A DNA stretch of 64,000 nt from Eledone cirrhosa (GCA_964016885.1 OZ024744.1:32364001-32428000), one strand, 5' to 3'; shown: positions 15,086 through 29,168, counted from the first letter of the stretch. Notes: a model not told the origin generated them from the letters alone. Translations and numbers: made by a program.

Positions 15086-16238
15086 CAATCACATGAACAA
15101 CAATGGATTGTTGTTATTCTTTTAATCTTTTATTCTGTAACACAATGTGTAGTTTCATTCGTTATAATGCGGTCATGCTGGGGCAACGCCTGCATAATAA
15201 TCATTATATCGATGTCAGCAACCTTTTCTTTTCATTTTTTTTGTCTGGAACTTATTTTATCACTTCTAAAAGTCTGAAAGAAGGACGAAAAGAAAGGAAG
15301 ACGTGGAACGAAAGACACACTGGTTTGATGCACCGTATATTTCTAGGTCTACGCCTATACACGTACACATACACGTGCCCGCATACACGATTATACTGGG
15401 CGTAAAAGTGCTTGGGGTATATTGGGGTATGTTGAAGTATGCTGAGGATATATTGCATCCGGTCCCGAAAATTTCCTGGGATTTCAGAAAATGTTTACAT
15501 ATATTGAAGACTAGACTAATGTTGATATTCTGAAGGAAATCGGGACATGAATAGAAATGTGTAACCATTGATAAAATTCTTACCCATTGTGGGACTGTGG
15601 AAATGTTCTGCAGATATTTTGGGTAATTGTGATATAAACTGGTACACAACTACCAGAACTCCACTGGTAGCTGGTATGTACTCTGGTTGGTAAATTTGAG
15701 GAAATGTCCTATACATAAGTAGGGTAAACTATGATAGAAGCTGATGCAGTATTGGAATAAGCGTCGGTAGACCAATAATGTAAACCACCAGGTTGCGGTG
15801 GACTTGTGCTAACAACTTGAGACGGTTTTATGGCAGGTAGGGTAAAGGTGTCTTAATTAATATTGTCCGCATCGATGACATACGTTAGACAGTCTTAAAC
15901 AAAGCTGAGACTCGGTTGCTACAAGCCATCACATCTTTGCCATGTGGAGAATCGACAGACGGTAAAGTCGTTTCACTGAGGCTTACACAACTATCACCAT
16001 TATAAACAATTATTGTACAGGATTTGTTTATCACAGGTTCTAGGCGATAGAAAACCCGCAACAGGTTCAATTGGGGATGTTGATGAATATATCTAGCATG
16101 GAACCTGCACGTATGACGGCTCCACCATGAGGTTAATATTTTCCTGTTGTTCTAGTGGAGCGACCAACACCACCTACTAGAATTTGAGGTGGATCAAAAT
16201 AAAAAAATTCTGAAAGGGAACTTGCTTCCTTCTGCACA

Positions 16239-16332
<94 letters not shown>

Positions 16333-16559
16333 AATCAGGATGGATTCAGTTTGAAATTGTTTAGGTCCTTACTCAACAGAGTACTAGATAGTTGGGATAG
16401 TAGAGCATGCTTATGTTATAAAGAGTCAGGACCCCGACGGAGAAGTTTTTGCCATTACAACAGCCAGTTCCATAGTCTAAAACTGGGTGTTGAAACGGCA
16501 AGAACTAACCGTAGAGGTTCTGACTCTTTATAACACACACACATACACACACACACGCG

Positions 16560-16633
<74 letters not shown>

Positions 16634-16653
16634 TATATATATATATATATATA

Positions 16654-17596
16654 CAAAATTAAATTAAGGTTGTCATGTCTGAGAGACATGCGCCATATTC
16701 ACTGCAGAATAAGCTCAAAGATTCCAATGAATAGATCCGAGCATTTTATATCAACTAGAAATAGATTGACATATATATATATATAATAAACACATGAAAC
16801 AATCTCAGGGAATAATTTGTAAAGTGTGTAAGCACACATAGCTAGGTAGGTAACTAATTAAAGTTTAACTAGAACTTCAAATACAGATACCTTTTAAAAT
16901 GATTAATCTCCTTTGTATATATTTCTTTAAATAAAAAAATATATTTTACCAATTAACCAGTAAATCACAGCGGTCAAATCCCGGATGGTCACCAAAGGAG
17001 AAAGATCCATGTGTTTATTTTATATATATATATGTCAATCTATTTCTAGTTGATATAAAATGCTCGGATCTATTCATTGAAATCTTTGAGCTTATTCTGC
17101 AGTGAATATGGCGCATGTCTCTCAGACATGACAACCCTTAATTTAGTTTTGGATATATATATACGGCTCCTTGGTTGTAGAGCTAATTCAGTTGAATGGA
17201 CTCGGTTGCTATTTCTAGCTGTCGATAATCCTATTCACGCCACTGGGATGACGTGTTGCGATGTCTGTATTTTTTATAAAATGCAACATGTGGTTCGAGT
17301 CATTCACAGATTTGCATTTGCTGTGTAAACGCAAATGGTTGGATCTTCTCCTTTGGTGACCATCCGGGATTTGACCGCTGTGATTTACTGGTTAATTGGT
17401 GAAATATATTTTTTTATTTAAAGAAATATATACAAAGGAGATTAATCATTTTAAAAGGTATCTGTATTTGAAGTTCTAGTTAAACTTTAATTAGTTACCT
17501 ACCTAGCTGTGTGTGCTTACACACTTTACAAATTATTCCCTGAGATTGTTTCCTGTGTTTATTTTATATATATATGTGTCAATCTATTTCCAGTTG

Positions 17597-17600
<4 letters not shown>
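16654..17600. repeat. Nested inverted duplication of an unclassified repeat
   Basis: 16654-16796 is inverted at 17009-17150; 16758-17008 is inverted at 17341-17600. Confidence 0.85.
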
Positions 17601-17621
<21 letters not shown>

Positions 17622-17629
<8 letters not shown>

Positions 17630-17985
17630 CGTATTTAAGAAAGCCACAACAATGCAAAGGGAAATCTCGAGGTAGGAAGTGAAATATAGATAGGAAAAAC
17701 AGGTGAAAGTGAAAGTTGAGAGAGACAAAGATGAAAACAAAACAAAGGTAGAAGGGTTACCGTAGTAGAGATTTTAATCCCAATATTTCGGGCTCAAAAA
17801 TCTCTACTACGGTAACCCTTCTACCTTTGTTTTGTTTTCATCTTTGTCTCTCTCAACTTTCACTTTCACCTGTTTTTCCTATCTATATTTCACTTCCTAC
17901 CTCGAGATTTCCCTTTGCATTGTTGTGGCTTTCTTAAATACGTATTTTTACACATTTCACAATGCTTCAAGCAAACTTTAACACC

Positions 17986-17988
<3 letters not shown>
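17622..17988. mobile_element. Fold-back module in (TA)n; 154-bp arms 17622-17775 / 17797-17950
   Basis: Arms are reverse complements; spacer keeps only half a hammerhead (- strand GCCCGAAATATTGG); tail CACAATGCTTCAAG resembles the tail at about 44268-44283. Confidence 0.8.
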
Positions 17989-18046
<58 letters not shown>

Positions 18047-18048
<2 letters not shown>

Positions 18049-18175
18049 TCATCATCTACTTATTCCTGAGTCTTGTCAGAAGCAACAGTCTCCAATTGAT
18101 CCGGTTAGATCCCTAAGCGCAATTAGCCAAGCTCATGTATGTTATCCAACCATGTTGCTCGGGTTTACCACTGCG
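18047..18175 (-). mobile_element. 3'-end fragment of the same RTE/Expander family as 21820-23520
   Basis: Reverse complement aligns to 23343-23520 with an internal deletion. Confidence 0.75.
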
Positions 18176-18351
18176 CTACCTGTCGGTTGGGTTTGCTCAT
18201 ACATATATTCCTTTTATCTAGGCTAAATAATGAGTTTTGTTACTCTCGAGTTTCGCCTATCACAGGATCATTTGACTTCGGCATTGAATACTCTTTTCTC
18301 TCAGCCGTCACACTCCATCCATCCCTTCAATCTATCTTATTTCTCATTCTT

Positions 18352-18469
18352 TCCACTGATGAAGCACTAGCGTCCGAAACATTAAGACCCACTTCCTGCT
18401 ATTTTAAGCCGTTAACCTAATATATTCCTTTCATATGCTGTACTGATTGTGTTGTTATTTCTGTTTACC

Positions 18470-18553
<84 letters not shown>

Positions 18554-18593
18554 TTGTGTGTGTAAAGGGTAAACAGAAATAACAACACAATCA

Positions 18594-18597
<4 letters not shown>
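18352..18597 (+). repeat. Degenerate hammerhead core (18356-18380) followed by an inverted repeat 18441-18597 enclosing (CA)n(TA)n(TG)n
   Basis: CTGATGAAGCACTAGCGTCCGAAAC; arms TACTGATTGTGTTGTTATTTCTGTTTACC / GGTAAACAGAAATAACAACACAATCAGTA. Confidence 0.6.
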
Positions 18598-18677
<80 letters not shown>

Positions 18678-18721
18678 AAGTTAAATAAAAGTCAAATGAT
18701 TAAAATTTAGCTTCGTTTATT

Positions 18722-18776
18722 ACTGCTATATATATTTCAGTGACAGCCATCTTTGGCTGTGACCTCTTCAGGCAGT
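18722..18776 (-). ncRNA. Hammerhead ribozyme motif
   Basis: Minus strand: ACTGC-CTGAAGA-GGTCACAGCCAAAGATGGCTGTCACT-GAAA-TATATA-TA-GCAGT; perfect helix I. Confidence 0.85.
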
Positions 18777-18902
18777 TTGAATTAGTATGGTATAGACAAG
18801 TACATATGTTGTTTAGGTGTATGATATTGTCAATACTCTGATATGCCCAGTTCCTTGTTGGGTTGTTAACACCAACAACACCACCACCACCAACACCACC
18901 AC

Positions 18903-18970
<68 letters not shown>

Positions 18971-18973
18971 ATT

Positions 18974-19160
18974 TAGAAATGGCTTCTACAGGACTAGAAC
19001 TGTTTCATTTGGGAGAAATCATTAGGGCCTTCCTGATGATTTCTCCCGAATGAAACAGTTCTAGTCCTGTAGAAGCCATTTCTATATCAAATATTTATAC
19101 TCTGCTATATATTGAGTGCCTTACTTACTGTGGTTACCACCGATTGCACCCGGGATACAT
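18974..19160 (+). mobile_element. Short fold-back pLTR module with hammerhead (19026-19078); family also at 28494-28552 and 38521-38710
   Basis: CTGATGA(19033)-TTTCTCCCGAAT-GAAA-CAGTTCTAG-TC; inverted arms 18974-19025 / 19033-19084. Confidence 0.75.
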
Positions 19161-19444
19161 AATTTCTTGTCTACAAATTCTTCATATGTGTTCTATAAGG
19201 AAATTAATTTTTTAGGGTTCATCACATATATGAGGAATGACATTCCGTTCGTGACCATCTAATCTTTATTCAGGTATAGTGTATTTAGAACTACATTATC
19301 CAATGTGTACTTCATTATTGCTCTTGCCGTGTATACTTGACAGAGCAGAACTATAATATAAAAGTGCGTTCCTTCCATGGCACTCCCATCTTCAATTCAG
19401 AAACATTGCACCTAGAACTTCGTAATAATAAGAACAGCGGCAGT

Positions 19445-20983
19445 ACCAATAGCAACAACAGTAAAACAACAACAACAACAACACCGTCGCCACCACCAAC
19501 AACAACACGACCACCAACAACACCAACAACAACACCACAAACACCACCACCAACACCAATGACAACAACAACACCCCCAACATCACCAACAACAACAACA
19601 CCAACCACAACACCAACACCAACACCACCAACACCACCAACAACAACAACTCCAACCACAACACCAACACCACCAACACCACCAACAACAACAACACCAA
19701 CCACAACACCAACAACCACAACACCAACAACACCAACAACAACAACTCCAACCACAACACCAACAACACCAACACCAGCAACAACAACAACTCCAACCAC
19801 AACACCAACAACAACACCACCAACACCACCACCAACAACAACTCCAACCACAACACCAACAACAACACCACCAACACCACCAACAACGACAACTCCAACC
19901 ACAACACCAACTACACCAACACCAGCAACAACAACAACTCCAACCACAACACCAACAACCACAACACCAACAACACCAACAACAACAACTCCAACCACAA
20001 CACCAACAACACCAACACCAGCAACAACAACAACTCTAACCACAACACCAACAACAACACCACCAACACCACCAACAACAACTCCAACCACAACACCAAC
20101 AACAACACCACCAACACCACCAACAACGACAACTCCAACCACAACACCAACAACACCAACACCAGCAACAACAACAACTCCAACCACAACACCAACAACC
20201 ACAACACCAACAACACCAACAACAACAACTCCAACCACAACACCAACAACACCAACACCAGCAACAACAACAACTCCAACCACAACACCAACAACAACAC
20301 CACCAACACCACCACCAACAACAACTCCAACCACAACACCAACAACACCACCACCACCACCACCAACACCACCACCAACAACAACAACACCACCACCAAC
20401 ACCACCACCAACAACAACACCAAAAACAACACCAACAACACCACTAACAACACCAGCACCAACCACAACAACAACGACACCACCACCACCACCAACAACC
20501 ACAACAACAACACCAACCACAACAACAACGACACCATCACCACCAACACCAACACCACCACCAACACCACCACCAACATCAACACCAACACCACCACCAC
20601 CAACAGCAACAACAACCACAACAACACCACCACCACCAACCACAACAACAACACCAACCACAACAACAACACCAACCACAACAACAACGAGACCACCTCC
20701 ACCACCACCACCACCCACAACACCAACACCAACACCAACAGAACCACCAACATCAACACCATCACCACCAACACCAACACCACCACCCACAACACCACCA
20801 CCAACATCAACACCAACACCACCAACATCAACACCAACAACACCAACACCAGCACCAACAGCCACAACAACAAAAACGACAACACCACCACCACCACCAC
20901 CACCACCAAACACAACAACATCTTCGCCACCGCCACCACCACCAACAACGACAACAACAACAGCCCCGCCACCAACAACAACC

Positions 20984-21019
<36 letters not shown>

Positions 21020-21526
21020 CCAACCACAACAACCACGACACCACCACCACCACCACCACTACCAATACCAACACCAACAACAGCCACACCACCAACAACA
21101 ACAACACCACCACCAACACCAACAACAGCCACACCACCAACATCAACACCACCACCACCAACAACAACAACAACCACAACACCACCAACAACAACAACAA
21201 CGACTTCGCCACCATCACAACCACCACCAACAACAACAACAACAATAGCCCCACCACCACCACCACCAACTTCACCACCAACACCACCACTACCACCACC
21301 AACAACAACAACAACAGCCCCACCCAACAACAACAACAACAACAGCAGCCCCACCACGCGCACCACCAACACCAACACCACCACCACCACCAACAACAAC
21401 AACAAATTCCCCACCACCAGCACCAGCACCACCACCACCACCACCAACACCAACTTCACCACCAACACCACCAGCACCACCACCACCACCAACACCAACT
21501 TCACCACCAACACCACCACTACCAAC

Positions 21527-21558
<32 letters not shown>

Positions 21559-21570
21559 CAATAACAACAT
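19445..21570 (+). repeat. (AAC/ACC)n compound array with about 240-bp higher-order repeats
   Basis: Sequence at 19981 recurs at 20221, and 19921 recurs at 20161. Confidence 0.92.
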
Positions 21571-21819
21571 CAAGATATCAACTTTTCAAAGGTCTCTATT
21601 TCCTTTCATTTATCAATTATTGTTGAAATATTTATGATCTTTATGTCCTACATAGGATATTTACAGTCGTACGATTAAAGGACAATCCATTCGTGGCTAT
21701 CCAATGTGGATATGCAGTATAGCTAGAACTCTATTACCCACGTCAGCAACGCCAGCAGTAGCAATAACAACAATTGCAGCAACAAAATTAACATTTTTAA
21801 CAACAACAACAAGGGAGGG

Positions 21820-23520
21820 AGGCATAAAAGCCAAATTTGCAATCTTCAATTCGATATTTGTACGAACCCTTACCTATGGTTGTCTTGTGTAATGACCGAA
21901 AGAATAGTGTTGGGAATACAAACGGCTGAAATGGGGTCTTCTGAAAGGTCTTTGGAGTAACGTTACTCGATAGAGTGTGTAGCTCGGAGATCAGAGAGTT
22001 GCTCCAGGTAGAGCTGCTACTTCTCCGAATTGAGGGATCGCAGATCCGATACTATGGACATCTGGTTAGAATGTCTCAGGATATCAGAGAGTCACTCCAG
22101 GTAGAGCTGCTACTTCTCCGAATTGAGAGATCACAGATCCGATACTATGGACATCTGGTTAGAATGTCTCAGGAAATCAGAGAGTCACTCCAGGTAGAGC
22201 TGCTACTTCTCCGAATTGAGAGATCACAGATCCGATACTATGGACATCTGGTTAGAATGTCTCAGGAAATCAGAGAGTCACTCCAGGTAGAGCTGCTACT
22301 TCTCCGAATTGAGAGATCACAGATCCGATACTATGGACATCTGGTTAGAATGTCTCAGGATATCAGAGAGTCACTCCAGGTAGAGCTGCTACTTCTCCGA
22401 ATTGAGAGATCGCAGTTCCGATACTATGGACATCTGGTTAGAATGTCTCAGGAAATCAGAGAGTCACTCCAGGTAGAGCTGCTACTTCTCCGAATTGAGA
22501 GATCACAGATCCGATACTATGGACAGGTGGTTAGAATGTCTCAGGAAATCAGAGAGTCACTCCAGGTTGAGCTGCTACTTCTCCGAATTGAGAGATCACA
22601 GCTCTGATACTATGGACATCTGGTTAGAATGTCTCAGGATATCAGAGAGTCACTCCAGGTAGAGCTGCTACTTCTCCGAATTGAGAGATCACAGATCCGA
22701 TACTATGGACAGGTGGTTAGAATGTCTCAGGAAATCAGAGAGTCACTCCAGGTTGAGCTGCTACTTCTCCGAATTGAGAGATCACAGCTCTGATACTATG
22801 GACATGTGGTTAGAATGTCTCAGGAGATCAGAGAGTCACTCCAGGTAGAGACTCTACTTCTCTGAATTGAGAGATCACAGATCCGATACTATGGACATGT
22901 GGTTAGAATGTCTCAGGAGATCAGCGAGTCACTCCAGGTAGAGACTCTACTTCTCTGAATTGAGAGATCACATCTCTGATACTATGGACATGTGGTTAGA
23001 ATGTCTCAGGAGATCAGAGAGTCACTTCAGGTAGAGCTGCTACTTCTCTGAATTGAGAGATCACATCTCTGATACTATGGACATGTGGATAGAATGTCTC
23101 AGGAGATCAGAGAGTCACTTCAGGTAGAGCTGCTACTTCTCTGAATTGAGAGATCACATCTCTGATACTATGCACATGTGGTTAGAATGTCTCAGGAGAT
23201 CAGAGAGTCACTTCAGGTAGAGCTGCTACTTCTCTGAATTGAGAGATCACATCTCTGATACTATGGACATGTGGATAGAATGTCTCAGTAAAGAATCGTT
23301 GGACAGATTTTACAGGCAACACCAACATGTAGGAGACCCAGGAGTAAACCCTGAGCAACATAGTTGAATAACATGCATGAGCTTGGCTGGTCACGCTTGG
23401 GTATCCAGCCGGATCATTTGGAGAGAGTTGCTTCTGACAGGACTCGTTGGAAGGAGTGTTTAAGGACTCTGCTCCCACGACACTCTCAGGAATAAGTGGG
23501 TTGAGTAGAAGTTGAAGAAG
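21820..23520 (+). mobile_element. 5'-truncated RTE-clade (Expander/Rex3-like) LINE with an internal tandem amplification
   Basis: KAKFAIFNSIFVRTLTYG..VMTER..IQTAEM..TLLDRVCSSEIRE.LQVELLLLRIERSQ.RYYGHLVRM, then after the array RIVGQILQATP...DRTRWKECL. Confidence 0.88.
21990..23291 (+). repeat. 93-bp (31-codon) tandem repeat, 14 units
   Basis: ATCAGAGAG anchor at 21990, 22083, 22176 ... 23199. Confidence 0.97.
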
Positions 23521-23521
23521 C

Positions 23522-23629
23522 GAAACGACGACGACAACAACAACAACGACGGCTACAACAACAACAACAACAACAACAACGACGACTACAACAACAACGA
23601 CGACAACAACAACAACAACAACGACGACT

Positions 23630-23660
<31 letters not shown>

Positions 23661-24487
23661 CGACTACAACAACAACGACGACGACAACAACAACGACGAC
23701 TACAACAACAACAACAACGACGACTATAACAACAACAACAACGACTACAACAACATCGACGACAACAACGACTACAACAACAACAACGACTACAACAACA
23801 ACGACGACTACAACAACAACGACGACTACAACAACAACGACGACTACAACAACAACGACGACTACAACAACAACGACGACTACAACAACAACGACGACTA
23901 CAACGACTACAACAACGACTACAACAACAACGACGACAACTACAACAACAACGACTACAACAACAACGACGACTACAACAACAACAACGACGACTACAAC
24001 AACAACGACTACAACAACAACGACGACTACAACAACAACGACGACTACAACAACAACGACGACTACAACAACAACGACGACAACAACGACTACAACAACA
24101 ACGACAACAACAACGACTACAACAACAGCAACGACGACTACAACAACAACAACGACGACAACAACAACGACAACAACAACGACGACTACAACAACAACAA
24201 CGACAACAACAACGACGACAACAACAAAAACAACAACGATGACGACAACAACAATGACAACAACAGCGACAATAACTACGACCACAACAACAGCGACAAT
24301 AACTACGACCACAACAACAGCAACAATAACTACGACCACAACAACAGCAACAACGACAACAACAAAAACAACACCAACAGTCACAATAACAAGGAAGACG
24401 ACGTCGATGACAAAATATTAATAAATTCAACAATGTCAACAACAACAACGACAATGTTAACAGCAACGTCAACAATAACAACATGGC

Positions 24488-24518
<31 letters not shown>

Positions 24519-24525
24519 GCAACAG
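23522..24525 (+). repeat. (AAC/GAC/TAC)n compound array
   Basis: Direct reading; 15-18-bp GAC(GAC)TAC(AAC)n subunits. Confidence 0.93.
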
Positions 24526-25467
24526 CATTTCAAGCGTCTCTTATTTCTTCAATTCATTTCTGAGTTATTGTCGAAATATTTATACTTTATATATCCTCCA
24601 TAGGCAGGATGTTCCCACTCTCATAGTCTGGACTTACTTTTTCTCTAGACCCACTCCCCCACCCCATTATTTCATTCTCACCCGATACACCCTGATCCTA
24701 CCGGTACCCACTACCACCTACCCCTAGTACCCACCCACCACCACCACCACCACCTCATCCTCCTACTCCTCTTACTCTCCAATACCCCCCCCCCACCGTC
24801 ACCTCCTCCTCTTCTCCAAGACCCCACCGCCACCACCACCACACACAAACACCAACCCCGCCGACGCCGCTGCCTCCACCACATAACACTACCATCCATA
24901 AAAGACGCCGATTTTTTCCGTCTTCGAATTCTAAAACCAGATAGGACACCCTACTCCTTGAACAAGAAAAAAAAAAGAAAAAAAGAGAGAGAGACGTTCT
25001 TTGAGCAGCAACGCCCTAATCCTTCCGATTGAAAGAGAACAAATATTCTTAAGATAGTCCCCATAGATTTCAGTGGTGACTCTTAATAACTTAAGACTGA
25101 GGCTTTTGACAAGAAAATCCCTTTCTAAAATATTTCCTACTTTTCTCGCATTTCCACCAAACTAAGTTAGGTTTGTTATATATATTAACAAAAATAAAAT
25201 AAAAATGTTTGTTTTGTTTTCTATATATATAATATATATATCCTTTAAACTAAAGCTAAGATTATATCCTATCCTGTGCTATGTATGTATGTATATATTA
25301 TATATATATATAATATACACATATGCGTGTACACACAAACACACATATGCAAATACATACATTTCTATATTTATACAAATCTATAAATCCACGTATGTAT
25401 CTTTGTGTATGCGTATAACATATATGTATGTATATAAATACATGCTTGCATACATACATACGTATAT

Positions 25468-26640
25468 ACATGGTGGCTGCCAACTCGTTTTCGAGTACGG
25501 CCACTACTTTATATCCATGTAGGAGAACCCCTACCGATGCGCTGAACGAGTGTGACTTTTTAGTCCAGCCAGCGACTTGAAAACTCTGGTACAAACACTA
25601 CACCTGTGACAATTATTGACACATAGTGCTGGGCTCATGTTACCATATGACGACAAGTGTAGAGAGATCTACAGATATAAAGCAATGCCTGTGCCGTGAA
25701 GCTTTTATAGTGAGCAAAGACACTGCACAAAGCCAGTCCCACTCTCTTAACCAAGATGATATTTACCAAAAAGAAGAACAAGTCAACATCATTGGATACC
25801 ATCAGGGTTGCAGGTGTTATATCAGAGTTTGCCTTCACCTAGAATTCTGCCTTGACAAAGGCTAAGGGGTCATCTCTCCCGGTGATTTTGGATGGCCATT
25901 GACTCTTAAGAGCTCCTTTGGCCTTTGACAGGTTTTTTTTTTTTGTGCTGCAGGATGTCCAAAGTCACCCTCCTCACCAAGAAACCTTGGTGGGGTTGCC
26001 AGTTTAGTCGCCAACGACCCGACCATGAGACAGGTTGTACTGGGATACATGTTACCAGTAGCACCAACTGGTGACCTGACATAACATACATACATACATA
26101 CATACATACATACATACATACATACATACATACATACATACATGGTGATGGCTGCAATTCGATTTCGCGGCATGCCATCGCTTGACACATGAGCCCCACG
26201 GACGTGGCTGTTTAGTCCTGTTAGGGGCTTGTCTATGCCAGCAATACCAAGCATCGCAAAAATGTCACATATCAAGCGTTGCCTGTACTTGAAGCTTTTT
26301 TAAGTGAGGAAAGGCTTTGCAAGGGGCCAATCCAACACTCAGAACATGAAATATTTTTACCCAAAAAGAACTGGTCTACATTATTTGATGTAAACGAAGT
26401 CACATGTTTTATATCAGAGTGACCTTCTCCTAGAGAGATGTCTTAATGAACACTAGAAGTCTCTCGCTCCACAAAAGCCTTTATTGGGTGGCTGTTGACT
26501 CTTCTGAGTTCCTCCGCCCTTTGAGGGTCTTTTTTATTCATCCCGTAGGGTGTCCAAAATCACCCTCCTCACCAAGCAAGCTTGGTGGGGTTACCGGTTT
26601 AGTCACCGACGACCCAACCATGTTCAGTTTGTATTGGGTT
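25468..26640 (-). mobile_element. Two diverged tandem non-autonomous retroelements (25468-26075 and 26141-26640) with (ATGT)n tails
   Basis: Collinear shared blocks (CACCCTCCTCACCAAG..CTTGGTGGGG..TTTAGTC; ATATCAGAGT..CCTTC.CCTAG); minus-strand CTAGGWGAAGG..ACTCTGA resembles RTE 5' UTRs; no ORF. Confidence 0.6.
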
Positions 26641-26726
26641 AAATGTATATACATACATGTATATATATTCATACATGTTAGAGCATAATTAATATAAGTT
26701 TTTTCTTGTCTCTTACTCCACAAACA

Positions 26727-27555
26727 GCTCTTTGGTTTGCGTCACACGCTGTGACCTTGGGTGGAACAGCAGTACATTTGGTAGAGGGCGAAACTGCCAA
26801 AGTCCATCTCGGCGGCTGATTACCATATATACTTTTATTAACGGCTGAGCAGCCTAATTTGCATATCGAGTCAGCAGTCGGCCGGGTGTACGATAAATGG
26901 AAAAGAATGAAAGGAAATTTCATTTCTCACAAAAAGGCGACGATGGTTGCCGAACACTGTACGGCTTAATTCGGGCTGTTTGTTTACAAACAAAACGAAC
27001 ATTATAATAAATGTTCGGTAAACCCATACGTACATATATATATATATGTGTGCATGTATGTATATATATAGATACTACTGTACGATTGTATACATATATG
27101 TATGTACGTATACATACTTACATTTAAGTATCAGCCGTACTAAGAGTGAGAAATGAAATTTCGTTTCATTCCTTTCCATTTATCGTTTTCGGTACACCCG
27201 GCCAACTAACTCACTCGATATGCAAATTAGGCTGCTCAGCCGTTAATATGCATAAGGAAAGTATATACTTTCAGACGTTCAACAATGTGACAGGAAGGTA
27301 TACGGTGCTGACGATAGCTAATAAGTTTGAAACTAATACATCGTTCCTGTGTCAGTGTTGAAGAAAAAGGCGACAATGGTTGCCTAAACACTGTACGGCG
27401 TAATTCGGGATGTTTGTTTACAAACAAACCGTACATTATAATAAATGTTCGGTAAACCCATACGTACATATTTATGTGTGCATGTATGTATATATATATA
27501 CATACTACTGTACGTCTGTATACATATATGTATGTACGTATACATACTTCCATTT
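26727..27555. repeat. Unclassified interspersed repeat family, rearranged copies (also 38785-39150 and 43011-43650)
   Basis: 26930-27125 is duplicated at 27363-27555; 26838-26929 is inverted at 27148-27246; shared core TGTTTGTTTACAAAC. Confidence 0.8.
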
Positions 27556-27560
27556 ATATG

Positions 27561-27594
<34 letters not shown>

Positions 27595-27989
27595 TATTTA
27601 CAGGTAGTAAACAATTCCTAGGTGAGCTGGACAGCAGACGGTCTTTAGAGAAGAAGCCAGTTTCATGCAAGTTTAATTCCTTACATTCTAATGAAGCTGG
27701 GCTACATCCAGGTCATGACCCCTGGGTGCCCATCTGCTGACATTTACCATTCGTTTAATGGAGACTTTATGTGTATTTAAACCGCGTAGAGAGATTTATT
27801 GACAAGATTTAGCTGGAACTACTATGTTGCTTCTGCTTTCAAACTTATACTTCAACGCTTTCTTGAGTTTCGGAACATAACCTTGGTAGTCATAGCGATG
27901 AGATGTTAACAGTATCACCACTACTACCAACACTGCAAACCACGACTTACTAGAGGTTGTCACTTAGCCAGCACTAAAATACAAACACG

Positions 27990-28400
27990 ATGCCGCTAAA
28001 CAGTATGGCGGTCGTTTTTCTTCCTCCTCGACAATATCCAGCTGAAATTCCTTTCCGCTGCTTCTTTTTCTCCTCAGAGACTGAAAGTTGTCTCATGAGA
28101 TTGGAAGTAGATTTGTCCACAAAGCCTGTAGCCTCAAACTCTATAGCGAGAACTTTGAGTCGGAAGTTGGCTTCCCTCTGGCTGTTGACCAAACTGGCGT
28201 ATTTTTTGTCTTAAATACGGTGCTTCTACTTCCAAATGACAGGGCGAGTCTAATCAAAATCACATGTTTTGATGAAATGGAGTACGATATCTGGTCTCAA
28301 GCCATACCTCTTGATGATTTCTGGTGATTTTACCGACCCTGGGAGGGCTGCTGAACACTCCCATTTGTCTGCACCATCCAGAAAACTCAACTCCCGTGTC
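27990..28400 (-). pseudogene. Restriction-like endonuclease remnant of a HERO-like non-LTR retrotransposon
   Basis: Minus-strand frames give FLDGADKWECSAAL..PEII..GLRPDIVL..KHVILI..KYASLV..LAIEFEATGFV (PD-(D/E)xK type), frameshifted. Confidence 0.65.
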
Positions 28401-28493
28401 ATGTATCGTATAGCTGCTCATGAATATGATTTGCTGTCTCCTGCCGTCTAAAAATTACTCAGAATCTCGAACCTAGTGTTCGAGAATTAATAT

Positions 28494-28552
28494 AGAAACG
28501 GCTTCTACAGGACTAGAACTGTTTCATTCGAAAGAAATCATCAGGGAAGCCG
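28494..28552 (-). ncRNA. Solo hammerhead motif of the 18974/38521 family
   Basis: Minus strand: GGCTTCC-CTGATGA-TTTCTTTCGAAT-GAAA-CAGTTCTAG-TC-CTGTAGAAGCC. Confidence 0.65.
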
Positions 28553-28731
28553 GCTGTCAATGTGATATTGTGGTATTTATACGTTTTCTGATAGTAGGGG
28601 AAGGTGGTGATTGGGATGGGTGGAGGTCATGGGTTGATGGGTTTGAAGAAAGGGGATTCTTTGAGAAAACTATATATATATATATAGTGTGTGTGTATGA
28701 TGTATATACACACATAAACATACACAAACAA

Positions 28732-28786
<55 letters not shown>

Positions 28787-28851
28787 CAGAGAGAGAGGGG
28801 GGAGACAGAGAGAAGAGAAGCAGAGTAGAAGAGGGCAGGAAGTGAGAGAGA

Positions 28852-28916
<65 letters not shown>

Positions 28917-29135
28917 GAATCCGAAAAGCTTGTCTGATTGCCAGAGAGAAGCCATCGTCACAATGATATTGACCAGACATTTACCAGCATTGTTGTGTCG
29001 ACACGAGATCTTTCATTTTCTTTACTGATACTTCCAAACTTCCAGACACACTTTTCCGACACTCGCCATGAAAAGTATTTATTTTTATATCTATATTTAT
29101 ATTTATACTAAGATTTCAACCTGTTGACACATATT

Positions 29136-29168
<33 letters not shown>

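Noticed and set aside
13273-15096. Poly-Thr/Val/Leu ORFs (also the Asn/Asp ORF at 23512-24603)
   Set aside because: Translation of trinucleotide arrays.
19337-21637. 766-aa Thr/Pro mucin-like ORF
   Set aside because: A/C-only microsatellite lacks stops in several frames on both strands; non-ATG start, no signal peptide or domain.
21975-22607. Novel 31-aa repeat protein gene
   Set aside because: Amplified fragment of a frameshifted LINE ORF with no credible start.
24800-25210. Possible host promoter or exon
   Set aside because: Short CpG-containing patch with no supportable ORF or splice structure.
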